Assembly: GCA_023213395.1 (NCBI GenBank)
Contig: CM041465.1
Coordinates: 197,105,741-197,169,740, forward strand
Origin: Cycas panzhihuaensis
Lineage: Eukaryota > Plantae > Cycadophyta
Reading direction: 5' to 3'
Length of the DNA stretch: 64,000 nucleotides
In this document: piece after piece, positions 26,560 through 39,884 of the stretch
Layout: every line of letters starts with the position of its first letter
Numbering within the stretch: the stretch's first letter is position 1
Notes under the pieces: generated by a model
The model's input: the letters and a program-made list of their open reading frames with translations, nothing else
What the model was told of the DNA's origin: nothing
Database searches by the model: none
Position numbers and translations under genes: made by a program

Positions 26560-28490
26560 CCTTATCCTTTAGAAGTACCCAAGTTTGATGGTATATATAA
26601 GATTCTGCTAATCACATCAAGTTTTTTGCCATGGCATGCATTGATTATTGGGTGAATGACCACATTCTAATGAAGTTATTCCCAAGATCACTTTAGGGAG
26701 ATGACTTAAAGTGGTTTTATTATGTCTCCATCTATTCAACCATTTACTTTCAAGAATTAGTTGATATATTTATGAACTACTTTGTTGTTGTAAGGGCATT
26801 TAAGAATGGGGCTAAAGCCTTGCTCTCCCTTAAGTAAAGAGTGAGCAAACTCAACTAAGATTTCATCTAATAATTCTATGACCTCCTTCATTCCTTTAAG
26901 GATACATTAGTTAGGGACTTAAAGAGAGACATCTTTGTCAATGCCTTATGCCCTAAGGTCCATGTGGAGGTCCTTAATATGGGGGTGACAACATGTGACT
27001 TGGCCATAGTTAAATGTTTGGCCTTAGAATCTATTAAGATCTAAGTAGGTCTAAAAAAGATCAATAAGAGTACACCACATTGTGAGGCACCACCTCCCCC
27101 ACATGACCAAAGGGCTTAATAGTTATCTTCCAAGCTCTTTATCAGCAACATTGATAAGATGATAAGTTCCTTCATGTTTGTTATTTACTCTTTTAAGTGA
27201 GTACTTAAAGAGTTAAAGTTATAACCTACTAAATCCACACTAAAGCCATAGGATCCATCCTATGGTTATAAGCCAGTGTATCAAGTTGCTTAAACCATGA
27301 AACCAACAAATCAAGGTTTAGAGCCTTCCTAAGATCTGAAGCTCTAACCTTTGAAAAGAGGTGGTGTTCCATCAATGTCTATTATGCCTATGATGACACT
27401 TTTTGTTAGACCTAACATCCTGAGTTAGCTCCACCACATGGCCCTTTATCTTAATTTACTTCTAAACCAAACCTAGACCAACCAATTCATCAAGATCCCT
27501 TCCTAATCCATAATGATCTTGAGTAACCTTATCAACCATAAAACTAACAAGATAAGGGGTAGATCCAACCTCAAAGGAAAGGGAAACCTCTTAACCCATT
27601 ATTTGATTAATTTAAGGGCAAGGCTCTGGTTGATCCTCCCAGTATTATAAGGCCTACAACTCAAAACCCACCTTCATACTCTAATGCTAAGGGAAAACAT
27701 ATAATCCAAATGCTAAAGCTTACCCTAGTATACCTAGTAACCTATGGCCAAGTAACTAAGGAAGCTAGAAAACTTTCTATACCTCAACAACCACCTATGG
27801 ATCCTTCTCCTATAGAAATTCCTATCATCCCAAAGACCATACTTGTTTGACCTAGATAATATGACTTTAGAAGATCTCTTCCCCAACCCATAGGTAAGGG
27901 GAAGACCTTCTCCATTATGGAAGAGCTTCACATAATCTTTACAGGCATGTCGATGATAGATCTTTTTATGAAGCTATCCTGATGAATGTACCTTGCCTCC
28001 TTGAGGCCCTTGTCCATAAGGACATACCTATTCATAATGTTAGTACCTTTTCTCATGGACCATCCATTAACCCTTTTGACCTAAATGACCTACCACCCCT
28101 CAAGGATTATAAGCATCATTGGCATTACCCTTTTATCATCATCATTGAAACCCCTACATTTGTCTTAAAAAGGACCATTATGGATAATGGATCTTTAGTT
28201 AGTGTCATGATCATTTAGATGCTTGAGAAATTAGGAAGTAAAGCTCTCAAGCTAGTCCCTTAAAAATATTAAGGGTATAGGGGGAATGAGAAGGCACCTC
28301 TTGGGATTGTGACCTTGCCTCCCACTCTTAAAGATGAGACTATTCCTATTGACATTATCATCTTTGATATTGATGTTGAATATAGCCTACTTTTAGGATG
28401 ACCTTGGTTGGATCAAATAGGGGCAATCTATTCTTTGCTTTAGGGACAACTTAAAATTTTCCATGAAGGGAAAGTTTGAGTTATAGCCTA
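26560..28490 (+). pseudogene. gag capsid-like domain and aspartic protease of copy B
   Basis: Colinear with 60150-62030 of copy C; KRTIMDNGS and YSLLLG*PWL motifs. Confidence 0.8.
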
Positions 28491-29315
28491 TAAGCCACCA
28501 CCTTCCTATTCCTCTCTCCCAACTTAATAAGCTATCTTTGATGCTAGGGATAATGATTATAATGAGCCCCAACCTTCCCTTGTAGTCTTTTCTGAAGACC
28601 CTAACCCCTATTATGAGATAGACCCACCTTCTCCTAGGCCCAATAGGGTCTACTTTGCTCCTATAGGCATGTGTAGTTATGGCTACCTCACTATCCTCAA
28701 TGACCTTGAATTAAACATTGAGGACTATGAGCTCCCTATATGGTAGGTGGTTCTTGTTTCTCATACACTTGATGAACCATCCTATGAGGATGTTTTCCCA
28801 CCTTTTTGTCCTTCCCTAAGGACCCTTGATCATCTTCTTGATCCACTAGACCCAAGTTGGCCTCCACCTTCTTCTCCTATTCGAGCAACTTTTGAAGGGG
28901 ACATCCATTGGCTCATTGCTCATTTGGACATTGTCCTATAATCCTCATATATTACTCCCTCATAGTCTAGGCCCTTATCGAGTGCTAAACCCATTTGAAT
29001 TTCCTACCATAAATTATAAATATGGTTTAGAGTATGTAGGAACTCCTAGATACCATTGTTATGTGGCTTAATTTTGATCAAGCCCCTCTTATTTATGATG
29101 TAGATGGCAAATCTAAGTCACCTCCATCCTATGATAAATGTACTATGTATAACTTGCTCATATCTATATCTCCCCTTGAACCCAATCATGACCCACACTT
29201 CCTAGCTCTCTTGCTTTATTTTAGATGGACCCCATATGTGCTAGTTAGGTAGTTTTATAATTCACCTTGTCCTTATTGGGGGCATTTGCTTTAGTAAGAG
29301 CCTAAATTACCAACC

Positions 29316-30800
29316 TTACTCTAAAATAAGCCTAAACTACCTTTGTTCATGATATGCATTACTCTTACTAGGGGCATCTCATCATGCTATACCCATATCC
29401 TATCATAATCCTTAGCCATAGGTAGGATCTCATCCCATAAGGGTATTACACTATATCATGAGTGTAAGTTGTCATTTGTAAGTATTATCTTAAAAATAGA
29501 AAAAAAAAATCTTAAAAACTCTAAAATTAACAAAAAATATGTTTCCTTTTAATTGCACTTAGATTTCATTTTTTCACTTTTTGGTTTAATTCTAAAATGA
29601 GCTTAAACTATATCTATTTCTTGTGGTTGTATACCTACAAGGTGTGACCCAACCTTATGCTTAGGATGGCACTTTTACTCTGAAATAAGCTTAAACTACC
29701 TTTATTTATGATGTATATTTCCCTTACTAGTGGAATCTCATTATGTTGTGCCTATTCTCCTATCACATCCTTAGCTATTGATAAGATTTTTCCACATGGA
29801 GGCACTATGCTCCTCCATGAGCATAAACTAGTAATACTTTAGTCATCAAAGTTATGATTTGGGAAGTAAATTATACTTCAAGTTGTACCTAGTCATACTT
29901 GAATTATAACTAGTTTGCACTTAGTCATACTTAGATTATAACCTAGTTATACTTCAAGTTGTACCTAGTTATACTTAGATTATAACTTGATTATACTTTG
30001 GGTTGTACTTGGTCATACTTGGATTATAACTTGGTTGTACTTTAAGTTATACTTGGTCGTACTCAAATTGTAACTTGATTATAGTTTAGGTTGTACTTGG
30101 TCATACTTAGATTATAACTTGGTTGTATTTCAAGTTATACCTAGTTGCACTCCAAGTTGTAGTCGTTCATACTTGGGTTACCCAACTATGACTTGGTCAT
30201 GCTCTAAGCTGTACCTAGTCACATTTATTTTGGCCCTCAAAATTATGATTTACTTTGCTAACTCTTCGATAAATTATTTTCCCATGTATATATACTCTTG
30301 TCTTGGGTTATTAAACTTTTGATCTTACTCTAAACTGAGCCTAAACTACCTATATTCATGATGTGCATTGCTCTTACTAGGGGTGTGTCTCACTCTCAAC
30401 TAGTCATGCTCTAAGTTGTACTCATTCACATTTATTTTGGCCTTTAAAATTATGATTTACTTTACTAACTCTCCTTTTCTTCCTATGACTCACTTTCCCA
30501 TGTCTATGCATTCTTGTTTTGGGTTATCTGCCTTTTGATCTTGCTCTAAAATGAGCCTAAACTACCTTTATTCATGATATGCCTCAATATCACTAGGGTT
30601 ATGTATTGCTCTCACCATGCCCATTGTTCCACTCCATCCTTTATGATTAGTAGGATTTTACACTCACTAGGGGCCAACTTTGCCCTAAAATTAGCCTAAA
30701 CGATCTTCATTCATAATGCATATTGCCCTCACTTGGGGCATTCCGTCATGATACGCTTATTATCCTATATTATCCTTAGCCACTAGTAGGATCTCACCTC
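29316..30800 (+). repeat. Dispersed ~55-120 bp repeats with core TTACTCTAAAATGAGCCTAAACTACC in the 3' region of copy B
   Basis: Copies starting near 29316, 29590 (short), 29675, 30325, 30541 and 30680. Confidence 0.85.
29871..30220 (+). repeat. Minisatellite with a 44-bp higher-order unit of four 10-12 bp subunits
   Basis: e.g. TTATACTTCAAG-TTGTACCTAG-TTATACTTAGA-TTATAACTTGA, repeated with variation. Confidence 0.9.
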
Positions 30801-31682
30801 ATGTAGGCTCTCTACTATATGATGAGTATAAAATGTCACTTATAAATATTATTCAAAAACCAAAAAAAATATAAAATCCCTAAAAAAAAAAAATTGTTGT
30901 CTTATGGATTCTCACCTATAGGGCATGACCCCACTTTATGCCCAAGATGACACTCTTTACTCTAAGACGAGTTGCTTCTCCCCCATGGGAATTCCCTATG
31001 GGAGCATGCAACTCTTTCATAAATATAAATTGATATTCACAAGTCATAGTATATTGGGCTTTGTGCATTATGATTTCATACTTATGATAACCTAACATGC
31101 ATCAAGTATTACTTAACTTGTTAATATTCTATGCTCTTTTTCCCACTTGAAATGACTTTGCTTCCTATATACTCATGCCTATAGCTAAGTTTCTTATTAT
31201 TATGGCCCTTACTTAGCCATGCTATTAGTCCACAGGTTCCCTATTACCAATAATATACCCTTTGATTGAGATATATGCACCCTCGATGACCCCTACATTG
31301 GCATTCTCTAGATGATGTTCTACTTATACATTGCTTATTCCTTTAGCTTATGACTTTAACCTATAGCTTTACTTATATACACCTGTTGTCCTTATAGACT
31401 CATTACTTTATTGTGAACCAACATTGCATCATGTTTAGCCCTTGTTGTAGTGGATAGCCCTGGGTCCTTAAGGTCACCAACCTGAGGACATTGTTCCATG
31501 TATATCCCATGATATGGTACTAAAAGGGCTTGCATGACTTACCAATACCCCATGGTATGACCCTCTTTACTAGCCTCTTATAGTCTGGTTGTGTCATCTG
31601 TTAAAGCATTATTGGTATAGTGGGTTTGCTTAACTTCCCCATGAGTTGACTTATTATCACACCTACTTCATCCCATCAAGGC

Positions 31683-31684
<2 letters not shown>

Positions 31685-31713
<29 letters not shown>
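31685..31713. repeat. (CA)n microsatellite
   Basis: Visible run. Confidence 0.95.
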
Positions 31714-31715
<2 letters not shown>

Positions 31716-32132
31716 CTCTAAGGAAAAAAAGAAAAAGAAAAAAGGAAAATAAAGAAGAAAACATATATATAATTTGTTGGATGAGCATATTTACAATCAT
31801 ATACTTAGTATCTAAGGTAACTTATGTGTTAATCTTCTCTTTACCTATGACACATATTTGGATCTAGTTATGTGTGTTATCTTAGGACCTTCATATCCAA
31901 TTATTTAGATCCACTGTGGTCTCAATCCTGATCAAAACTTATTTGACATGGCTATAACCTATTATGGATTTTAGAAGTGGTTGTGACACTTATGTACAAT
32001 TACTCTTGGAAACCAAGTTTCTCTCATAATCTCAAATAGAGTTTACATACCAATCTTTCTTATGACATTGGTTAATTCACGCCATCATCCCTTATTCAAT
32101 GAGTTTACTTTGAGTTACCTTTGCGTGTTCCT

Positions 32133-32520
32133 ATGACATTGATCATCCACATTAATGAGGGTATCCTTAGGAATCCTAGCCCTTTTTCTATATCTTGGAC
32201 CATTGAAGATCATTTGGGATATGTTCTTATATGTTTTAGAGTATATTTACCTATAATAACCAATAACATAGTAGAGAACATTGCCATTATAGAAGCCATG
32301 ACTGGTGCTTTATATGTTCACTATGATCCTATTTTATTGTGTTATAACTCCTAATTTGCTATGTCACAGCTTATACCTATCTATTAGGTTTATTACCTAT
32401 AGTTGAGACCCCTTATTGATCAAGCTAGATTTTTGCTAGCATAATTCTCTATTGTCTCTATTTATCACATATCGTAAGGATAGAATATCGAGATAGACTA
32501 AATAGTTGCCTTTATTCTTA
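32133..32520 (+). pseudogene. aRH (type-1 RNase H) of copy B, decayed
   Basis: MTLIIHINEGILRNPSP...ITNNIVENIAII...YNS*FAMSQL...LRPLIDQARFLL..F....YHIS*G*NIEID, colinear with 243-625. Confidence 0.8.
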
Positions 32521-33561
32521 AGTGTTGTTTGCCATATGTGGATAATTCTCCTTTGGTCTAATGGGCCCATCTTTAAGACACATGTTTAGGAATCAATCCT
32601 TCCTATTATCATCTCTAAGGGGCAATTGCTAAAGAGGCTAAACTATCGTGATAACGTTAGGCATTCTTAGCCCAGCTTGGAAGCTTGACTAAGCTATCAA
32701 CTTCCCACATGCTTTGGTAAGAGCCTAAACCACCACCCCTTGCTTTAAAATGAGGGTAAATTATTATGCATATATGTACATATATATATATATATATACT
32801 TGACTAGGTTATATCCTTCTTAAGGTGCATTACTCTTTGATACCTATAACCTTACCTTCCTTGTTGTTATATTACCATTTCCTAGTTTGTTAGTTCCTTT
32901 TCTTGTAAGTTACCCCAAAACCACAAAAATAATAGAAAATTATTAATATTCTAAAAAAATAATAAAACCATAAAAAAATAAAAACCCTAAAATATTATAA
33001 AATAACAAAATAACCAGTCAAAATCAATTTTTTTAGCTGCAAGATGAGTCTAAACAACTCCTTCAAAAAAAGATTGCTAATGAGGTTAAACTATGGCATC
33101 TAACCTTTGACTTTTGAGTCTTTTCCTTGGGTATTTAGGGCACCACCCTAATTATCTAAGGTCTACAACTTCTAAGCCTAATTCCTAGCCATGATACCCA
33201 TCTCTTATCATTAAAATAATTCCCTAACAACCTTATATAAAAAACATAGCCACTAATGAGGATAAACTATATTGGCCCCTATTTATGGTTTCCTAGGTTC
33301 ATTATAGCCATTGGCCTACCTAGGTTGATCTGGTCACTAACACATCATCTCTCCTAGCTAAGTACACCTCTAACACAACTTACCACCAAGGCTAAACTAA
33401 TGGCAACACCCTCTAATTACTTACTAATGAGGTAAAATTATGGCAAACTTAGCCCCTTACAACATATTTATGAGCATATTATTAGACTCACTTGATTTGT
33501 GTTGATACCATTCATCATCTTCTAGCCATAAGTCAAAGAGGTTCTACTACCAAGGGGGTAG

Positions 33562-34943
33562 TGTTTTTGGGCCGTTGGGACATTATAACAAATAGGTAAG
33601 TATAGGTATATTTCCATATCTCTACATTTTTCATTATCTTTCATGTTATGTTATTAGATGATGGTTATGTATTTTTGTTAACTTGCTTATTGGTTTGGTG
33701 AGTTGCATTATATATATTTTTAGTTGGTGACTGGCACAACTTTACATGTTAGCTATTAGTCTACCCTTTAGGATCCCTAAGCTAGGAATTATTGCCTTAG
33801 TACCTCTATAAGGTATTGTTGATATCTTTTTTTATTGTTGTTCATCTTATTCTTATCATTATCTCCTTTATCTTGACCTTATTTTTACTCAAGCTTTATC
33901 ATTCATATATTTCTAGACTGATTTCATATATATTTCTTTGTACCACCTTGATTTTTATCATATTGCTTTATTTTTTTTCTATAATAATAGTACTATGAAG
34001 TTCTTCATGGTACTATGAATGATTTCACAATGCTATAAAAAACTTCACAATACAACTATCACCTACCTAGATTTGGTCTCATGGACAATAGTTAACTCAT
34101 TAGTTACTTATTATTAGTCTCAAGGTGCTGTCCGTTGACTCTAGATTATTTCATATTAGTTTTTGGTGGCCTAAGAGGCCATGTCACACTAAAAAATCCT
34201 CTTTCCACATGGTTTTGGTCTAAATCTGTGGGCAAGATCCATGGATTTGGTCTCCTTATTTTCTCCTATATTGTGGACTAAAACCCACTCTTCTTAAGCT
34301 CACCCTCATCTATTTATCCTTCTATTTTTTCATTAGAAAAGGAGGCCAAGTTATTATGTGATGGTACTGCCATTATTCTTCTATGTTTCTAAGAGAAATT
34401 GGTTGCCTATTTATCTACCACTTTTTCACTTGCTTGCTTGCTTGGAGATTAACCTTACATCATTATTGAAGTGCCCTTAAGTGGAAAAAGTTTAACCATT
34501 GGTATCATCTTAACTTTTTAGGATGGGGTAATCCTCTTACAACATTATTGTCATTATTCTTGTAGGTGAAAATACTTTACCATTGTTTGTAGTTATTTAA
34601 AGATTAGAGAACTCTCTTATTTTCAACCTATACTTACTCTTCTTCATCACATCATCTCATCAAGGTGAAAGCATAAGTTTACAACCAAAAAAGCTAATCC
34701 TAACCTCCTTTCTTTATGCTTATTTTTATATTTTTAAGTTTATTAAAAACTTTTTTCTATCATAGTATAATCTGACAAACAAAAATGCTACTAGATTTCT
34801 CCTAGGAATTTTATATATCAAAACCTTAGTTTCTTGAGAACACTTAAGCATGCATTTATATATCAAAGGAGGGTTAAATCTTGAAGAGTCACACTACATC
34901 AAGTCTAGGTACCTCTTCTCCTTTCATCTCTTTCTTTTAATAA

Positions 34944-34983
<40 letters not shown>

Positions 34984-35768
34984 AAAGAAAGAAAAGAGTA
35001 AGAGGAGACATACTAGGTTTCCTTTATGCCTTAGCTCCCTTTATTCTTTTTAAAAGAGAAAAGAGCAAAACAAAAGTTGCATTTATTTTGTTTTGATTTC
35101 CTTTCTTTTCCTTTCCTTTAAACAAAAAAAAGATGAAAAATGAAGTAGTCATTTTCTTTTTCTGTTGTGCTTTCTCTTCCCTTTACTTCAAAAAAGGGAA
35201 AAAAGAAGAAGAAAATACATTTATCTTTTTTGTTTATCATAATTGGCCTTCTTCTAAAAGGATAAAATCCAAAAAATAAAAAAAACCCAAAATCCTTAAA
35301 AGAGAAAAACAATATTCATTCCTTCTCCTTATAGGTTGCATTGCATCATTTGCACCTCATCATAGGATTATGAATCTACATTGAAATCTTGAGTGAAGGA
35401 GAGGATCACATTGTTATAAGTCCTTGAACTCATGGGGCTACATTGTGCTCACTAGTTGGGGTAGTTTATTATTTGCATTAAATTAAAAAAGCTGATGCAT
35501 TAGGTGTATAATCCCTATTAGCTTGCCACATGCTAAATGCCCCTCTTAGGCCCACACTAGACACACACCCTTTACACATGTTGCCCTTGATAAGCCACCC
35601 ACAAGCCACATGAAGGTATAATCAAGCTCACACCCATGCCCAAGTGGCATATGAGTGCCCTAAGTGGGACATCAATTCATACCACACCCTTCTCAAATAC
35701 CTTTCCATGCCTTAGGTCCTTTGTTGTTAGGTTTGTTGTATGTCTTACCCCAATTTTATGCATTCACT
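33562..35768 (+). repeat. 3' LTR of copy B, truncated
   Basis: Follows CTACTACCAAGGGGGTAG; contains AGGTAAGTATAGGTAT as in LTR A; distal part duplicates 21546-22457. Confidence 0.75.
34948..34980. repeat. (TA)n microsatellite
   Basis: Visible run. Confidence 0.95.
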
Positions 35769-35779
35769 TTGTAATAAAA

Positions 35780-36560
35780 TGATGAAAAAAGATTAAATTG
35801 ATCAAAGAGAAACTATAAATCAATAATTTTCACTTAAATAAAAACAAAGGATATTGTGCTAAGTGTTATATCCTTAGATTTAAAAAAATGAATGCATTTT
35901 GGAATAATTAAATTTACATATATTAAGTTATTATAAATGGATTTAATATGTGTCAAAGCTTTAAACAAATTACATTATGTGTTAATGTGCCAAAAAAAAG
36001 AAAGATAAAAGTGGGAGTCATACCCTTCAAATAAAATCTTTAACATAATTTATCTGATAGTTTTGGTTACTTATCATAGACACAATAATAAAAATTAATA
36101 TAGAAATATGAAATTTATAGGAAAAGGTTCATATGTAGAGGGATGTTTTTTCATTTTAATGTCTCTACATAGTAAATCTTAGATAAACTTTAGAAAAATA
36201 ATAGAGTAATGTAAGACTAATATATGGATAATTATTAATAAAATGGTAAAAGGGTGAGTTAAGATAATGCACCTAAAATGTTTATAGAGAAAAATTAAAA
36301 TGTGAGGGATTGCTAATCAATAAAATAATCAAATAATGAGTGTGAAGTATGAATTAGGGTATTTTATTTCTCACCACTTTGTAGGTCAAGTGAAGATGTT
36401 GGTAATGGGTAAACTCTAGGAAGTTATATATTGGTACAAGGCATGTGAAATTGTTCTTGTCCATGTAAGAGAAAACCAAACATGTAATAAGAGCTCATAA
36501 TATCAACTTAATTGGGAGGTGAGTATCAGAGAGGTGAAGTGACCTCCACAACTACCATTA
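35780..36560 (+). pseudogene. Possible very old Copia integrase remnant
   Basis: Only traces (CxxC-like, TPEQNG-like, KTKHVIRAHNIN-like) in the expected order. Confidence 0.3.
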
Positions 36561-37419
36561 ATTCACCCTTATCTTAGATGAATTTACACTGTAACATAGA
36601 GTGGAGGGTTTTGCTAAATGATGAAGACATCATTTTATTTCAAAAATTTATAATTCATTTTTAAAAAATATCATGCATTTGTGATATTAGCAATTATGCA
36701 TTTGTGATTCCAGTATTTACTAGGCTTGATCATTTAAAAGCCAATAATGCGAGGTTGAAGGGCTATAATGGGATATCAAAATGATGCTAATGTATGAATA
36801 AGAGTATGAAAATTGGTTATGGGCTTGTGGTTTTGTAAGAAAATATGGGTTTTGAAGTCAAAGAATACATCATGTAGTAAAATGAGAATAATGAAGGGAT
36901 ATTTCCTTTTCTCTTTTATTTAGTTTTATCATATTGTTGCCTAACCTTATTAATATTAAAATGCATATGCTTGTAGGTATTTGAATACAAATATCTTTAA
37001 GCAAATGTACATGCATATAAAAATATGTTACTATGGAGAAGAACTAGTTTTAGAAGAAAAGTTGCACGTAATTCTCTTATTGTATATAATTTTTTAAAGA
37101 AATTAGGGGGGACATTCTTTTATAATAGTTATTTACCTAATTATCTATCACAATAGTTTATTCCTATGTAGTTTGATATAAGAGCTTATTTAAACACTAA
37201 AAAAAAATATATAAGGTTATTTTTGGATGTTTTAGGATTTTATATCCCTCTATTATATGTAAATTTTCAATGATAATAAAATTAACATATTTGCTTAGCT
37301 TTTAATTATATATAGTATATGAATTTATGTAGGATGTTTATTTATTTCTAAGTTTTGAATAGCCTTAAATGCAAGATTAAATTTATTTTAAAATATAGTA
37401 ATTTATAATTAATAAACAT

Positions 37420-39660
37420 AAAAAATGAGTAAGAAAATAACAAGAAAGAAAGAACAACCAATGTGATCTATAATTTATTATCTCCTTGTAAGGCAAATTT
37501 TTTTGCTATATAGTTTAAAACTAACCACTAAATGGTAGTGAAGTGAACCTAAATTAAATCCATATCCTCAAAGAAAAAATAAAGTTGAACAAGCAATATT
37601 TCCATTGACATCATGTGCTAAATAAATTAGGATCAACTCAAAAATAAAACATACATAAGGAATTGGGGGTCTCCCCTATTTATAGGTGCCAATATGACTC
37701 CTTATTAAAAACTTGACTTTAACAATAACATTAATAATATAATACTAACTTCCTAATATAACAACTATCTTCATATTAATCTAAAAACACTAAACTCCTA
37801 AATAATAATAATAATAATTAAAAAAAAATTGATTTATAATAAAATATGAACTTCTCCTCAATGGATTAGGATCACTACAATCCATCTCTCTTTTAGAGAA
37901 TACTTTGCTTGTAAAGTATTATAATCTTGTTGTTTAAAGTTTAGAGTTTGTATTTCCTCATATATTTCTTCAATCATCCACTTGTTAAGTCTTAAAGGTT
38001 ATAGGATTTTAGTTCTTCTTTATCTTATCTTCTCAAAGTAACCCATATATATCCTCTTATTATTTATTATACTACTCTATTTAAAACTGCTTTTATACAT
38101 AACTCTTTTTTCGATTGATCTTGAGACTTATGCATTCTAAGATCTTATCTCCTTCTTATATATTATATCCACTTATAGTTGTCCTTAAGGGGAAATTAAG
38201 AGAATGTAGGAGAAAGGTATGGATTATGAAAATTGTATTAGGGAGGTAGGGTTTAGGAATAAGGGGTAGGGGTATAAGGCTAGAATTATATATGGGAAGC
38301 CTAGAATATGAGGGGTAGGTTGCATGAGGAAAGATATATATGGATATATATTAAGGATGGGGAATCAAAAATTATAAATCATAAATGAGTTATATTATAG
38401 GGAGAATGAGGGGGAAGTATATATGGGGGTTTACATAGGGAATGTGATATATAACAACTACATTAAGTAAGAGGTAGACAAAGAGAATTTATAGGTGATG
38501 GGGGTGTTATTACATAGAATAAATGGTGAATAAATCTAGATATATGAGTGAATTTAAGATTAGATAGGGATAAGAAAAATAAGTGGTGAATAAGAGATAA
38601 ATATTTTCTATAAGAAAAGGATTTTGGTAACGGCATATGAAGATGATTTGTAGAATAATCCAAAGGACTAAGGGGAAAATGTATAGGGTAGTGAGAGTAA
38701 GGATGTAGAGGGGAAAAAGATAATGCTTTGTAAAGAGGGTGTATAATAATAATATTAGAGGTTGAATATTATTGAGAGGAGGTTTTGAGATTAGGAATGT
38801 AGGGTTGATGATAAAGAGACTTCCTAGGGAATGAGACATGAAGAGGTATTTCAAGGGGAATAAGAATTTCAGCTACTAGGATTAGGGAATCTAGGGATTT
38901 AGGTTCTAATTTATTTATACAGTTTTATGGTAAAAGGGAGGAGGGAATTTTTTAAGGCTATAGAATTTGGGAATTTAATATGAATAATGGAACTTCTTTA
39001 GAAAAAAGGTAAATATAAGACAATATTAGAATTTGAAGCAAGTACCTATTCTGAGTCATATTTTATCTTAGATTCTTCCTCAAGCTACTCACTAATAATA
39101 GTTTTATCACTTGATTCATGTGTATCATTTGTTATTATATTACATTATTCACTGATAATCTTATCCTTAGGTTATTTTTAAATTGGATCAATTGGTTCTT
39201 CGTGCATATCACCTTCCTTTTCATTTTGTTTCTTAACCATATACTCCTCACTAGTTTGTTCCTTAATTTGATTAGCTAGTTCTTCTTTGTTCTTTTCCCA
39301 TTCTTTCTCCTTCTCTTTGTAACCTTTTCATCTAGATTATATACTATTTACTACCTCTTTATTATCTTCCCATTTATATTTATTCTTAAAGTTCATAAAA
39401 TCCTCTCTAGGATAATTCATCTAGTATTCATCTCACTACTTTATAATCCTTTTATTAAATCTAATGAGAAAATTTAATGAAAATTATTTCTAATCAAGGT
39501 AATTTCCTAAGAGTTCATGAACGACTAATCCTAGAGTTTTATCACTAAAATATTATCAAATAATTGAGATAAAATAATTATTTTCTATGTGAGGTGAAAA
39601 TTTAAGGTCTTTTTCAACTTTATTTAGCTATTATATGGGTTGCATTCCTCTATCTCTAGT
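37420..39660 (-). mobile_element. Old gypsy-like element end: 3' LTR beginning TGTAGTGATCC at 37879, PPT, low-complexity internal region
   Basis: Minus-strand purine tract (37880-37897) before TG; CCTATAAATAGGGG near 37673-37687; Pro-rich and Glu/Lys-rich decayed reading upstream; far LTR end uncertain. Confidence 0.55.
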
Positions 39661-39884
39661 GGAAATATTAAAACACTCAATTAGTTTGAGAAGACAATGC
39701 TTCAATGCATTAAGAAAGAGAGATAAACTCTTATATAAATACATCATAAGTACCTAAAGAGGCCAATGCATAATAGCCAAGTGTCAATAATACATTAAAT
39801 ATGGGTTGGACATGTAACCCTCAACTTTGTCTTAATAAATTTTAGAATACAAAAGATAAAACATTATTTCTCTAACACCCTCTC

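Larger units (their letters stand above)
21546..35768 (+). mobile_element. Tat-like gypsy copy B: partial 5' LTR, gag, protease, repeat-rich 3' region, aRH, PPT, partial 3' LTR; no RT/RH/INT visible
   Basis: 21546-22457 aligns with 34841-35768; gag VPKFDG...CIDYW..DHILMKLFP at ~26570; protease at ~28170; PPT AAGGGGGTAG then TG at 33562. Confidence 0.8.

Noticed and set aside
29316-30800. CRISPR-like repeat-spacer array
   Set aside because: Repeats are long and degenerate, spacing is irregular, spacers are partly homologous to each other, there are no cas genes, and the context is a eukaryotic retroelement
33075-33450. Decayed hammerhead ribozymes (CTAATGAG resembling CTGATGAG)
   Set aside because: No room for helix II and no proper GAAA core; CTGATG hits near 49803 and 62096 also lack the required stems
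33816-33998. Hydrophobic membrane-protein or env-like ORF (also 21850-22111, 35118-35312, 38510-38854)
   Set aside because: Products of T-rich or A-rich LTR and decayed sequence
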